NCBI GenBank assembly: GCA_944389125.1
Contig: CALXLF010000004.1
Location: 2,939 to 66,938, forward strand
Direction: 5' to 3'
DNA: 64,000 nucleotides
Source: an uncultured Clostridia bacterium
GTDB taxonomy: Bacteria; Bacillota; Clostridia; TANB77; CAG-508
In this document: in pieces, positions 22,133 through 32,758 of the stretch
How the letters are laid out: every line of letters starts with the position of its first letter
How positions within the stretch are numbered: position 1 is the first letter of the stretch
The notes under the pieces: model-generated
Databases searched by the model: none
Seen by the model: the letters and a program-made list of their open reading frames with translations, nothing else
Told to the model about the DNA's origin: nothing
Made by a program: the position numbers and the translations under genes

Positions 22133-23251
22133 TTATTTCATTATAATCAATTCATATTCTGAATTTCCAAGCCCAATCTTTTCTCCATGTTCAATTTGAC
22201 TTTCCCAATTAGTATCTGGATGATTAATATGGAAATGATCATGACCTTCTACTTTTTTCTTTATATTTTCACCTAATGCACTATTTTGAAATACTTCTTG
22301 TTTATTTACTAAATCTGCACACGCTTTATCTAAAGCTACCATATCAAATGAAGCTAACATTCCAATATTTGGAACAATTGGTGCATCATTTTCTGCATGA
22401 CAATCACAGTTTGGTGAAACATCACAAATTAAACTAATATGAAATTGTGGTCTATCTTTTACAACAGCTAATGCATATTCTGCCATTTTTCTATTTAAAA
22501 TATCTGCTGCTTCATCATTTGGTGATTCAATTGCATCAAAATTGCAAATACCTATACATCTACCACAACCAACACATTTATTATGGTCTATTACAGCTTT
22601 TCCTTCTTCATTATATGAAATAGCACCATGTGCACAAATTTTAATACATTGTTTACATTTTCTACAGTTTTCTGAGATAACTACTGGTTTTCCACTACTA
22701 TGCATTTCCATTTTTCCAGCTCTAGAGCCACAACCCATTCCAATATTTTTAATAGCTCCACCAAATCCAGTTCCTTCATGACCTTTAAAATGGTTTAAAG
22801 ATATAACAATATCTGCATCCATAATAGCTCTTCCTATTTTAGCTGTCTTTACATATTCTCCATTAATATCAACATATGCCTCATCTGTTCCTTTTAATCC
22901 ATCTGCGATAATTACATGGCATCCTGTAGAAAATGGACTAAAACCATTAACATAAGCTGCATCTAAATGGTCTAAAGCATTTTTTCTTCCACCAACATAT
23001 AAAGTATTGCAATCTGTTAAAAATGGTTTTCCACCTAACTCCTTTACAACATCTGCAACGACTTTTGCATAATTTGGTCTTAAATATGCTAAATTTCCCG
23101 GCTCTCCAAAATGAATTTTAATTGCTACATATTTATTTTTAAAATCAATATTTTCAATTCCAGCTTTTTTCATTAATTTTTCTAATTTCTGTAATAAATT
23201 ATATCCCGGTCTTGCCCTAAAATCTGTAAAATAAACTTTTGATTTTTCCAT
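22133..23251 (-). CDS. DUF362-family Fe-S protein with 2x[4Fe-4S] ferredoxin domain
   Basis: KIHFGEPGN, HFKGH, CxxCxxCxxxC twice. Confidence 0.88.
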   Translation of the reverse strand: MEKSKVYFTDFRARPGYNLLQKLEKLMKKAGIENIDFKNKYVAIKIHFGEPGNLAYLRPNYAKVVADVVKELGGKPFLTDCNTLYVGGRKNALDHLDAAYVNGFSPFSTGCHVIIADGLKGTDEAYVDINGEYVKTAKIGRAIMDADIVISLNHFKGHEGTGFGGAIKNIGMGCGSRAGKMEMHSSGKPVVISENCRKCKQCIKICAHGAISYNEEGKAVIDHNKCVGCGRCIGICNFDAIESPNDEAADILNRKMAEYALAVVKDRPQFHISLICDVSPNCDCHAENDAPIVPNIGMLASFDMVALDKACADLVNKQEVFQNSALGENIKKKVEGHDHFHINHPDTNWESQIEHGEKIGLGNSEYELIIMK

Positions 23252-23341
23252 AATCTTACCTCTTTCTTTTTCCAGTTTTTTATACTTTTGTATTTTATAT
23301 CTTTTTTCTATTTTTAGCAACATATTTCTTATAATGATAAT

Positions 23342-26300
23342 TTAATTCATCTGTTTAAAATTAGCATCATTTAATCCTTGTAAAAACTCTTTTACTTCTT
23401 CTAAAACATCATTACTATTCATTTTATACGTAAAATATGGGTTAATATTTGGAGAAAATTTAATTCTATTTTTATATTTCATAATTAATTTATTAATTAT
23501 TTCCATATCAAATAAATCTTTGTCAACATGAAATACTATATTGTTACCTTTTTGTGCAATTTTAAGTACTGCCTTTTGTCTTGCTATGTTTCTAATATTA
23601 GATATTGCTAATAAGTTTTCAATCTCATCTGGCACTCTTCCATATCTATCTTTAATTGAATCTCTTACATTTTTAATATCTTCTTCATTTTTACATAAAG
23701 CTATATCTTGATATACTTCAATTTTTTGGTTTGAATCAGAGATAAATTCATCTGGTATATAACTTGATACATTTAAATCAATTTGAACATCGACCTCTTC
23801 TACCTGTTCTTCTCCTCTAATTTCTTTTACAACTTCATCTAATAATCTACAATACATATCATATCCTACTTGTTCCATATGTCCATGTTGCATTTCTCCC
23901 ATAAGACTTCCAGCACCTCTAATTTCCAAATCACGCATTGCAATTTTAAATCCTGATCCAAATTCTGTGAATTCTTTTATAGCTTTTAGTCTTTTATCTG
24001 CTTCATCAGATAAAGCTTTATTTCTTCTATAAGTAATATAAGCATAAGCTTGGGCATTTGAACGTCCTACTCTTCCTCTTATTTGATAAAGCTGAGCGAG
24101 CCCTAATCTATCAGCATTTTCTACAATTATAGTATTTGCATTTGGAATATCAATTCCAGATTCTAAAATAGTTGTACAAACCAAAACATCTATCTTTCTT
24201 TCAACAAATCTTTGCATTATATCTTCTAGCATGCTTCCAGACATTTTACCATGAGCAAATTCAATTCTAGCTTCAGGTATAAGTTTTCTTAAATTATTAG
24301 TTTTAGCTTCAATAGTTTCTACTTGATTTGACAAATAAAATACTTGGCCACCTCTTTCTAATTCTCTAGTTATGGCTTCTTTAATAACCTCTTCATCATA
24401 TTCTAATACATAAGTTCTAACAGGTTTTCTATCTTGTGGTGGCTCATAAATTACAGACATATCTCTCATTCCAACTATAGACATATGAAGTGTTCTAGGA
24501 ATTGGAGTTGCTGTCATTGTTAAAACATCAACATTTTTCTTATATTCTTTTATTTTTTCTTTTGCTTTAACACCAAATCTGTGCTCTTCATCTATTATAA
24601 GTAATCCTAAATTTTTAAATTTTACATCTTTACTTAATAACCTATGAGTTCCAATTAAAATATCAATTTCACCTAGCTCTAATCTTTTTAGTATATCTTC
24701 TTGCTCTTTTTTAGTTCTAAATCTATTAATAACTTCAACTCTAATAGGATATTCTTTCATTCTATCTTTAAAACTTTCATATTGTTGATTTGATAAAACT
24801 GTTGTTGGAGCTAAATATGCTACTTGTTTTTGATCCATACATGCTTTAAATGCTGCACGAATTGCAACTTCTGTTTTACCATATCCAACATCCCCACAAA
24901 GAAGTCTATCCATAGGTTTATCTTTTTCCATATCTTTTTTAACTTCAGATATACATCTTAATTGATCTTCTGTTTCTTCATATGGAAAACTATCTTCAAA
25001 GTCTTTTTGCCATGCTGTGTCTTTTGAGAATGCAAATCCTTTGGTTTTTTGTCTTATTGCATATAATTCTATTAATTCTTCTGCTACTTGTCTTAAATTA
25101 GATTTTACTTTTGCTTTTGTTTTTTCCCAATCTTTAGAGCCTAATGAATTTATTTTTGGCTCTTTTCCTTCTGCTCCAATATATTTTCTTATATTATCTA
25201 AAGAATTTGTTGGAACATATAAAATATCATCACCTTTATATTTTATTTTAATATAATCTTTAATAATTCCATCTGCTTTAATTGTATTAACTCCAATATA
25301 TTGACCTATTCCATGAGTTCTGTGTACAATATAATCTCCTACTTTTAAATCAGAGAAAACTACAGTTTCACCTTCTTTAAATGCTGATGGTAATCTTTTT
25401 CTTTTCGGTTTTGCCTCAAAAATCTCGCTTAAAGATACAATATATAAATTCAATTCATAATTTTCAAAACCACTGCTTAAAGCCCCAGGCATGATATTTA
25501 CTCTGCCTAGAGCTAGTTCATCATCTACATTTATACAATCATTTTGTATATTATGTTCATATAATGTATCTGATATTTTTCTAATTGTATCTTTATCTCC
25601 TCCAAGTACTATTGTTTGTCTTCCTGATTTAATTGCTTCCTGTAGTTCCTTAAACAATAGATCCATTGTACCACGAAAAAAGTTGACCTCCCTATAGCTA
25701 AAGCTATATCCGTTTCTTTTTGCATGCATACTTTGTTTATCAACATAACCTATATCTTGTTTTTCAAGATATATAGTTTGTCTTGATTCGATTTTTTTGC
25801 AAAATGCAAAATAATCATCCATATCCATTAATACATCTGGTATTACTTTATTTTTTTCTAGCAAATCCTTTTTTAGATGTTCATTATCTTTAGAAATATT
25901 TTCAGCTCTATTTTTAATTTTTTCAATCTCATCTAAAAATATTACTGTATTCTCTGGAAGATAATCAATCAATGTATCATATTCTTGATAAAATGAATTA
26001 AAATATTTATCTATCTTTGTTAAATATTGATTATCTTTTATAAGTTTAACATCTTCTTCAACTTTTTCTCTAACCGATTTACTATATGATTTATCTAAAA
26101 TTCTTTCACAAATTTTATCAATATCATCATCTAATAAAAATTCAAAAGCAGGATAAATTGTAACTTCTTTTATATTTTCTTTAGATCTTCCAGAGTTTAT
26201 ATCAAACTCTCTTATTGAATCTATTTCATCTCCCCAAAGTTCAATTCTTATTCCTGTTTTAGTAGATGTTGCGATATCTACTATTCCACCTCTAATACTA

Positions 26301-26815
26301 AATTGACCTTTTCCTTCAACCATATCATAACGTTCATAACCTAAAGAAATTAATGAAGTTTTTATTTTTTCTAAATCAATTTCATCCCCGACTTTAATTG
26401 TAATTAAATTTTTATATAAACTATTTTTAGTAATCATTTTTTGCATTACTGCTTCTATAGTTGTAATAATTATAGGTGCATTTCCAGAAACAATATCATT
26501 TAGATTACTTATTCTTTCCTGCAAAACATCTTTGCTTTCAGCAATATAATCAAAACTAATTATATATCTTTTTGGAAATGATCTTACATGATCATCAAAA
26601 AATTTAAAATCTTTTCTTATTTTCCTAGCTTGCATTTCATTATATGTTATTATACATATAGGTTTATCTGTATAAAACTTTGTTGCATATGCCATATGAA
26701 CTTTAGCTACTTCTGTAAGTCCTGAAAGCATAATTGGTGTTTTTCCTTTATTTACGTCAAATAAATAGTCATTATATTTTTTTACATTAGGAACAACTTT
26801 TATAATAGAGTTCAT
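23342..26815 (-). CDS. mfd: Transcription-repair coupling factor
   Basis: CGDVGYGKTEVA, DEEHRFG, QIRGRVGR, RDLEIRGAG. Confidence 0.98.
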   Translation of the reverse strand: MNSIIKVVPNVKKYNDYLFDVNKGKTPIMLSGLTEVAKVHMAYATKFYTDKPICIITYNEMQARKIRKDFKFFDDHVRSFPKRYIISFDYIAESKDVLQERISNLNDIVSGNAPIIITTIEAVMQKMITKNSLYKNLITIKVGDEIDLEKIKTSLISLGYERYDMVEGKGQFSIRGGIVDIATSTKTGIRIELWGDEIDSIREFDINSGRSKENIKEVTIYPAFEFLLDDDIDKICERILDKSYSKSVREKVEEDVKLIKDNQYLTKIDKYFNSFYQEYDTLIDYLPENTVIFLDEIEKIKNRAENISKDNEHLKKDLLEKNKVIPDVLMDMDDYFAFCKKIESRQTIYLEKQDIGYVDKQSMHAKRNGYSFSYREVNFFRGTMDLLFKELQEAIKSGRQTIVLGGDKDTIRKISDTLYEHNIQNDCINVDDELALGRVNIMPGALSSGFENYELNLYIVSLSEIFEAKPKRKRLPSAFKEGETVVFSDLKVGDYIVHRTHGIGQYIGVNTIKADGIIKDYIKIKYKGDDILYVPTNSLDNIRKYIGAEGKEPKINSLGSKDWEKTKAKVKSNLRQVAEELIELYAIRQKTKGFAFSKDTAWQKDFEDSFPYEETEDQLRCISEVKKDMEKDKPMDRLLCGDVGYGKTEVAIRAAFKACMDQKQVAYLAPTTVLSNQQYESFKDRMKEYPIRVEVINRFRTKKEQEDILKRLELGEIDILIGTHRLLSKDVKFKNLGLLIIDEEHRFGVKAKEKIKEYKKNVDVLTMTATPIPRTLHMSIVGMRDMSVIYEPPQDRKPVRTYVLEYDEEVIKEAITRELERGGQVFYLSNQVETIEAKTNNLRKLIPEARIEFAHGKMSGSMLEDIMQRFVERKIDVLVCTTILESGIDIPNANTIIVENADRLGLAQLYQIRGRVGRSNAQAYAYITYRRNKALSDEADKRLKAIKEFTEFGSGFKIAMRDLEIRGAGSLMGEMQHGHMEQVGYDMYCRLLDEVVKEIRGEEQVEEVDVQIDLNVSSYIPDEFISDSNQKIEVYQDIALCKNEEDIKNVRDSIKDRYGRVPDEIENLLAISNIRNIARQKAVLKIAQKGNNIVFHVDKDLFDMEIINKLIMKYKNRIKFSPNINPYFTYKMNSNDVLEEVKEFLQGLNDANFKQMN

Positions 26816-27058
26816 AGCTTTTTCAACTCCTTTTTATTACTATTAGTAGTAATATATATTATATTTACTTTTTATATTTACTTTCTTTTTTAAAACAGCG
26901 TTTTATATTATATAACAATTTAATACTAATTGCAAGGAAATACGGTCTGTTTTTAATTCTTTTACTTATATCTTATTCAATTCAAATTATAAGTTTTCCA
27001 AAAAAATAAAAACGCCACATAAGTGACGCTATATTTTAGGATTATTATTAAATATATC

Positions 27059-27370
27059 TTATTTTAATTGATCTAATATTTTTTGTTTTTCAGTTACACC
27101 AATAAAAGTTTTTATAGGATTTCCATTTTCAAATATCATAATTGTAGGTATACTCATAACATCATATTTCATTGCTAAATCTTGATTATTATCTATATTT
27201 ATCTTTCCAACTTTTACTTTTCCCTGTAGTTCTTCTGCTATCTCGTCAATTGTTGGTGACATCATTTTACATGGCATACACCAGTCAGCATAAAAATCTA
27301 ATAAAACTTTTCCATCTGCTTTTAAAACTTCTTTCTCAAAATTTTCTTCTTCTATTTTTAAAACACTCAT
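27059..27370 (-). CDS. trxA: Thioredoxin
   Basis: DFYADWCMPCK, SIPT. Confidence 0.93.
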   Translation of the reverse strand: MSVLKIEEENFEKEVLKADGKVLLDFYADWCMPCKMMSPTIDEIAEELQGKVKVGKINIDNNQDLAMKYDVMSIPTIMIFENGNPIKTFIGVTEKQKILDQLK

Positions 27371-27428
27371 ACATAGTCTCCTCCCTTATTTTTATTTATT
27401 TTGTTATTATTATAACAAGTTTATACAT

Positions 27429-28295
27429 TTATTTATTTGACCTTATATATTGAATTGCTTGCAAACCTGCCTCTGTTCCTTCATATACAGATTTTGATAT
27501 TTGTAATAATTTTCCTACACAATCCCCACATGCATATATTCCAGGGATATTTGTTTCCATTTTTTCATTTACTACAATGTTATTATCTTTTGTAATAATT
27601 CCTAATTTCTTTGCAAAATCATTTCCACTAGCAACTCCCACTGCTACAAAAACTCCGCTTGTCTCTATTTTATCATTATCATTGAATTCTACTTCTTCTA
27701 CTTTATTATCACCTATAATTCTACGTATTTTTCTAGTATCAATTTTTATACTATTTTCTTTTATTTCAGGTGCTTCTTTACCATCTGTTAATATAGTAAC
27801 ACTTTTTGCAATATTTACTAATTCATTTGCTTCAGAAACTGCATATTTTCCATTTCCTATAACAACAACATCTTTATTTTTATAAAAGAATCCATCACAT
27901 ATTGCACAATAACTTACACCTCTACCTTCAAATTCTCTTATTCCCTCTATTTTTGGTATATTCTTTTTATTACCTGTTGCTAATATAATTGTTTTTGTAT
28001 TATACATTTCTTTTTCAGTAATTACAATATACCTATTATTTTCATCTATTTTTATATTTATTGCTTCTTCCTCTTTTACCTCTACTCCCAAATTTTTGGC
28101 TTGTTTCATTCCTGTAATATATAAATCTTTTCCAGATATTCCATTTTCAAACCCATAGTAATTTTCTATATGTTCTGCTTTTTCTAAAGCAGACTCACCT
28201 TTATAAAGCATTAATACATTTAAATTTGCTCTTTTAGTATATAATGCTGCAGATACTCCAGCAGGTCCTGCTCCTATTATAATAACATCATACAT
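27429..28295 (-). CDS. trxB: Thioredoxin reductase-like FAD oxidoreductase
   Basis: IIGAGPAG, GVSYCAICDG, GIYACGD; adjacent to trxA. Confidence 0.88.
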   Translation of the reverse strand: MYDVIIIGAGPAGVSAALYTKRANLNVLMLYKGESALEKAEHIENYYGFENGISGKDLYITGMKQAKNLGVEVKEEEAINIKIDENNRYIVITEKEMYNTKTIILATGNKKNIPKIEGIREFEGRGVSYCAICDGFFYKNKDVVVIGNGKYAVSEANELVNIAKSVTILTDGKEAPEIKENSIKIDTRKIRRIIGDNKVEEVEFNDNDKIETSGVFVAVGVASGNDFAKKLGIITKDNNIVVNEKMETNIPGIYACGDCVGKLLQISKSVYEGTEAGLQAIQYIRSNK

Positions 28296-28589
28296 GAAAT
28301 TTTTAACCTCTCTGATTAATAACATTTTCGTTCGAATTATACCATTAAATTTTATATTATACAAGTTATAAATTAAGTATCTATTTTTTACTAATAAAAT
28401 CTTTTAATGCAAAACTATGTTTGTGTATTCTTAAGACGTAGTCTTCGAAAAATGTTGAAAATTGTCGAATTCAGGCGATGAAATCTTTATTTTTTTAATC
28501 AAAAACTATAGACATTAAATCCAATTCAGTATAAAATATTTTCATGTTTAAAAAACACAAGAAAAATTTTAATATTTAGGAGGAAAAAC

Positions 28590-28853
28590 ATGGAAGTTTT
28601 AAAAATTTCATCAAAATCAAACCCAAACTCAGTTGCAGGAGCGATAGCAGGTTTAGTAAAAGAAAGTACAAGAGCTGAAATGCAAGCAATTGGAGCTGGA
28701 GCAATAAATCAAGCAATTAAGGCAGTTGCGATTGCAAGAGGTTTTGTAGCACCATCAGGAGTAGATTTAGTTTGCATACCAGCTTTTGCTGAAGTTCAAG
28801 TTGAAGGTGAGGACCGTACAGGTATTAAATTGATAATAGAAAGTAGAAAATAA
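28590..28853 (+). CDS. spoVS: Stage V sporulation protein S
   Basis: MEVLKISSKSNPNSVAGAIAG...QAIGAGAINQAIKAVAIARGF. Confidence 0.96.
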   Translation: MEVLKISSKSNPNSVAGAIAGLVKESTRAEMQAIGAGAINQAIKAVAIARGFVAPSGVDLVCIPAFAEVQVEGEDRTGIKLIIESRK

Positions 28854-28856
28854 AAT

Positions 28857-28894
28857 TTAAGGAGCATTTTAAAACAAATTAAAATGCTCCTTAA
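28857..28894 (+). terminator. Terminator after spoVS
   Basis: TTAAGGAGCATTTTAA / TTAAAATGCTCCTTAA followed by T-tract. Confidence 0.8.
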
Positions 28895-29047
28895 TTTTTT
28901 ATTAAGGCAAAAAAAGGGACATTAGGACAGTTCTATTCTCTAAATTTTTTCAAAATTTCAAAAGCATGAGCCAATAGAACCTTCCCTTATATAAAAAATT
29001 GTGATAAGATAGCCGTCTCATTGTTTCCTTCTAGCAATCCATTATAA

Positions 29048-29076
29048 TTGATTTTTTATATTAACTCTGATATAAT
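29048..29076 (+). promoter_or_regulatory. SigA-type promoter upstream of ART gene
   Basis: TTGATT-N17-TATAAT with TG extension. Confidence 0.55.
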
Positions 29077-29246
29077 ACATATGTTTAAATAGCAAGTATG
29101 CTTTTATATATTTTTCCCTTATAATTTGGTTTAATAACCAATTAATCATAAATATTATTTTCAACTTAAGTTTAAAGGAGGGTTAAACACAAAGATAACT
29201 TTTTAACAAATGCACATCGACAACTAAAAAAGGAGTGAATTACAAT

Positions 29247-30164
29247 ATGTCTAAAAACAAATTCCGAAAGTCGCATCAAAATACTAAACAAGATTGGAAA
29301 TCAAAGTTAAATGTTGTAAAAGCTGATATGATTGCAAGTATGCCTGAAGATGAAAAAGTTGCTTATCAAAAAGAACAGCAAGAAAAATCTATTAATCGGA
29401 AAAAATTAAATATGTTGAAACCTGAACTCTATGAGTTTTTAAGTGGCTACAAACATAATTCCGGAATTTTTATCAACAATTTCTTCAGAAAGCGAGGATT
29501 TAAACTTTATGAAGAGGATAAATTTCATGGTTTTGAATTTGATGTAAGCGGTATTATTCCAAACATATTTGATAATCCAGCTTTTTCTTTGCAGATGGTA
29601 AACTATCTTGGAAAATTGGAAGAAAATGGAATTGCATTTTTTCCAATAAATGTAAGTTTGATAAGAAAATTAAAAGTCTTCTCTGATGCTCTAGATTGTG
29701 CTCCAAGAATAGAATTTCCTACAACTTTATATCGTGGTTGTTCTACTATAGAAAGAAATGGAGTAAATGGTATAGTGTCAACAACTACAAGTTTTGAAAT
29801 TGCGAAACAATTTAGTAGAGGAACATTGCTTAAAATCCATGTTCCTGTTGGTACGAAATGTTTGGATGTAAAATCAATTCGTCCAAAGGAACAGCGGAAA
29901 AAGGATAAAGAAAATGAAATACTGTTACCTCCATGTAACTATAAAATTATTTCAAAAAGAATTGTAAAAAAGCAGCATGAGCCAAATAATATGTCTGCTA
30001 CAACCACTGTATTAGAAATAAGTGTAGAGCCACTTGATTTACTTACCGAATTCTTAAAAGTAATGGAAGACCCAATACAGGAGTACATAGATAAAGTTAT
30101 GTATGTTCAAAAAGATGATTACGAGGAAGGAATGCTCCTATTAAAAGAGTATGTAAAAAAATAA
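29247..30164 (+). CDS. ADP-ribosyltransferase (R-S-E, C3/VIP2-like) domain protein
   Basis: LYRG, VSTT, ENEILLPP motifs; AGGAG RBS before ATG 29247. Confidence 0.75.
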   Translation: MSKNKFRKSHQNTKQDWKSKLNVVKADMIASMPEDEKVAYQKEQQEKSINRKKLNMLKPELYEFLSGYKHNSGIFINNFFRKRGFKLYEEDKFHGFEFDVSGIIPNIFDNPAFSLQMVNYLGKLEENGIAFFPINVSLIRKLKVFSDALDCAPRIEFPTTLYRGCSTIERNGVNGIVSTTTSFEIAKQFSRGTLLKIHVPVGTKCLDVKSIRPKEQRKKDKENEILLPPCNYKIISKRIVKKQHEPNNMSATTTVLEISVEPLDLLTEFLKVMEDPIQEYIDKVMYVQKDDYEEGMLLLKEYVKK

Positions 30165-30199
30165 GAAATTATTGATGGTGAATTTAGTTAATCTTTGTA

Positions 30200-30237
30200 A
30201 AAAAACAGGCAGGAAATTAACTTTCTGCCTGTTTTTT
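30200..30237. terminator. Bidirectional terminator
   Basis: AAAAAACAGGCAG / CTGCCTGTTTTTT. Confidence 0.8.
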
Positions 30238-30254
30238 AGTATCAATAAAAATTA

Positions 30255-31025
30255 TTACCTATTAATTCTAGTAATCTTTGTAACCTTATTTGTATCATCA
30301 TTAATAGTAAACATTATGCTATTTAACTTTCCAGGTCCTTCAGCCATTTTATATCTTTCTGGAAATGATGTAGTAAATCTTCTAAAAGAAACATCTATAT
30401 CCATTCCAATTACTGAATGTTTTGGACCAGTCATTCCTATATCTGTAATAAAAGCTGTTCCCTTTGGTAAAATTGTTTCATCTGCTGTTTGAACATGTGT
30501 ATGTGTTCCAAAAACTATAGTTACATCTCCATCTAAAAAATATCCCATTGCAATTTTTTCAGCTGTTGCTTCTCCATGAAAATCAACAATTATCATATCA
30601 ACTGTATTTTTTATAGAATTTACAATTTCTCTTGCTTTTAAAAATGGATTTTCTGAAAGTACTGACATTGTTACTCTTCCTATTAAATTAATAACAGCAA
30701 TTTTTTTACCATTTTTTTCAAAAATTCTATATCCTTTTCCTGGATTATTATTTGGATAATTTGCAGGTCTTATAATCTGTTTATCATCTATAAATCCAAA
30801 TATATCTTTTTTTGCCCAAGTATGATTTCCCATAGTAACAACATCTACATTTAAACTTAAAATTTCTTTATATAATTTTTCTGTTAACCCCATTCCATCT
30901 GCTGCATTTTCACCATTTACTATAATAAAATCTATATTATTATCTGATACAATTTTAGGAAGTTTATGTTTTAATTCTTCAATTCCGGTTTTTCCAACAA
31001 CATCTCCAACTGCCAAAATATTCAT
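30255..31025 (-). CDS. ymdB: YmdB/TIGR00282 metallophosphoesterase
   Basis: GDVVG, NGENAA, MGNH, DFHGEATAEK, GTHTHVQTAD. Confidence 0.93.
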   Translation of the reverse strand: MNILAVGDVVGKTGIEELKHKLPKIVSDNNIDFIIVNGENAADGMGLTEKLYKEILSLNVDVVTMGNHTWAKKDIFGFIDDKQIIRPANYPNNNPGKGYRIFEKNGKKIAVINLIGRVTMSVLSENPFLKAREIVNSIKNTVDMIIVDFHGEATAEKIAMGYFLDGDVTIVFGTHTHVQTADETILPKGTAFITDIGMTGPKHSVIGMDIDVSFRRFTTSFPERYKMAEGPGKLNSIMFTINDDTNKVTKITRINR

Positions 31026-31197
31026 AAAAATCAATTCCTCCTTAATCAACTAAATAATACTAATTAATTATTTCACGTTTTACATTTTAACATATATTAT
31101 GCTATTTCTCAATTATATTTTAAATATTTTATTGACTTTACCTTGTAAAAAGGATATTATTAATGTGCTATAAATAAATTAATATTTGGAGGTAAAT

Positions 31198-32076
31198 ATG
31201 GACGAAGAATTAGTATCTTTATTATTTAATACAAAAGCTTTTAAGGTTGCTGACCATGACAATCCTTTTTGGTATACATCTGGTAAATTAGGGCCTTATT
31301 TTATTAATGTTGATTATTTATACGGAAGCCAAAAAGACTCAGAAGATTTACTTAAAATTATTGATGATTTACTTGCAAATCATGATAAAGAAGAAATACC
31401 TAAAAAATTGTATGAGATTCTTTATAAGCATTATGAAAATAATGACACATATAAAACCACAATTGACAAATTAGTTTCATACATTGAAAAAAATTTCCAA
31501 TTAGATTTAATAGATTATATATCTGGTGGAGAAAGAAGAGATTGGTATTTTTCAATTTTAGTTGCAAATTTTTTAGGAAAACCACATATTACAATATATA
31601 AGGATTTAACTACTGTATTTAGTACATGTGATTTTGAAGAAACTACAACTATTGATAATCTTCCAGGAAAAAGAGTTTTCCATTTAGCAGATATTTTAAA
31701 TACTGGTTCAAGTTTTGAAAGAGCATGGGTTCCAGCAATAAATAAATTAGGTTCAAAAATTAATTGGGCATTATTTGTAGTTGATAGAAATCAATCTGGA
31801 GATAAAAATTTGCTTAATATAGGAGTTCAGCCTTATTCTTTATTATCTCTAAATGAAGATTTATTAGATATAGCCTTAAAAAACAATATTATAACACCTG
31901 AACAAAAAACAATGTTAGTTCAATATATGGAAGATCCAGACGGAACAATGAGAAATTTCATTAATAAACATCCTACTTTTATAGATGATGTAATAAATAA
32001 TTCTACTAATGAAAAATCAGTAAAAAGAGCTAAACTTTGTAAAGAAAAAAATTGGTATGGAAATCCAATTGGATAA
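31198..32076 (+). CDS. Orotate phosphoribosyltransferase-like protein
   Basis: FWYTSGKLGPYFIN, PRPP loop LADILNTGSS, VVDR. Confidence 0.7.
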   Translation: MDEELVSLLFNTKAFKVADHDNPFWYTSGKLGPYFINVDYLYGSQKDSEDLLKIIDDLLANHDKEEIPKKLYEILYKHYENNDTYKTTIDKLVSYIEKNFQLDLIDYISGGERRDWYFSILVANFLGKPHITIYKDLTTVFSTCDFEETTTIDNLPGKRVFHLADILNTGSSFERAWVPAINKLGSKINWALFVVDRNQSGDKNLLNIGVQPYSLLSLNEDLLDIALKNNIITPEQKTMLVQYMEDPDGTMRNFINKHPTFIDDVINNSTNEKSVKRAKLCKEKNWYGNPIG

Positions 32077-32081
32077 AATAT

Positions 32082-32113
32082 AAAAAGCCAGCAGATTAGT
32101 CTGTTGGCTTTTT
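32082..32113. terminator. Bidirectional terminator
   Basis: AAAAAGCCAGCAGA / TCTGTTGGCTTTTT. Confidence 0.8.
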
Positions 32114-32116
32114 TTT

Positions 32117-32689
32117 TTATGAATTATTGCTTTGATATAAATTAACTGTTGTTAAAACCTCTCCATCACTTTCAGCTGTTTCATAATATTTTAGTTCATA
32201 TTCACCTGTAGATTTACCTGTTTCATCAGTTTTAACTTCTAATGTAAATACATCTCCTTCAGATAGATTTCCTTTTCCATATGCTCCAATGTCATCACCA
32301 TCAGAAATAGCTGATACATTTACTGTATATATGCTATATAAAGGTGGTTCCGTCATTTCACTTAATACATCTGAAACTGTTGGAGAATCAGTATCTGGAA
32401 ATATATATCCTTTTTCAATAAATTCTGGTATTAATATACTTTCTTTGTAATAACTACTTATATCTGGATTACCGTTTTGAATAGCAGCATAGCTTTCCAT
32501 TAATTTATCATTTACAATTTTTTCAAATTTTTCTTCAACTTCAGCTTTAGAATACTCTAATTCAACTGTTGTAGCTTTTGTTAAAATTCCATTATCTCCA
32601 ATTACAAATGATATTGCAACTCCAGCTATAATAAGCAAAATAATTATAGTTATTACTAATGCTACTAAAGTTACTCCATTATTATTCAT
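32117..32689 (-). CDS. Type IV pilin-like protein
   Basis: Class III-like signal NNG|VTLVALVITIIILLIIAGVAI. Confidence 0.7.
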   Translation of the reverse strand: MNNNGVTLVALVITIIILLIIAGVAISFVIGDNGILTKATTVELEYSKAEVEEKFEKIVNDKLMESYAAIQNGNPDISSYYKESILIPEFIEKGYIFPDTDSPTVSDVLSEMTEPPLYSIYTVNVSAISDGDDIGAYGKGNLSEGDVFTLEVKTDETGKSTGEYELKYYETAESDGEVLTTVNLYQSNNS

Positions 32690-32758
32690 AAACTCAGTCC
32701 TTTTTACACTAATTTATATACATAATATATTAATAAATTTTAAAAAAGTCAATCTCTT

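Noticed and set aside
28463-28469. Spo0A box TGTCGAA upstream of spoVS
   Set aside because: Plausible, but a single 7-mer is too weak to call.
30172-30492. Plus-strand ORF after ART as a possible antitoxin
   Set aside because: Crosses the terminator and is antisense to ymdB.
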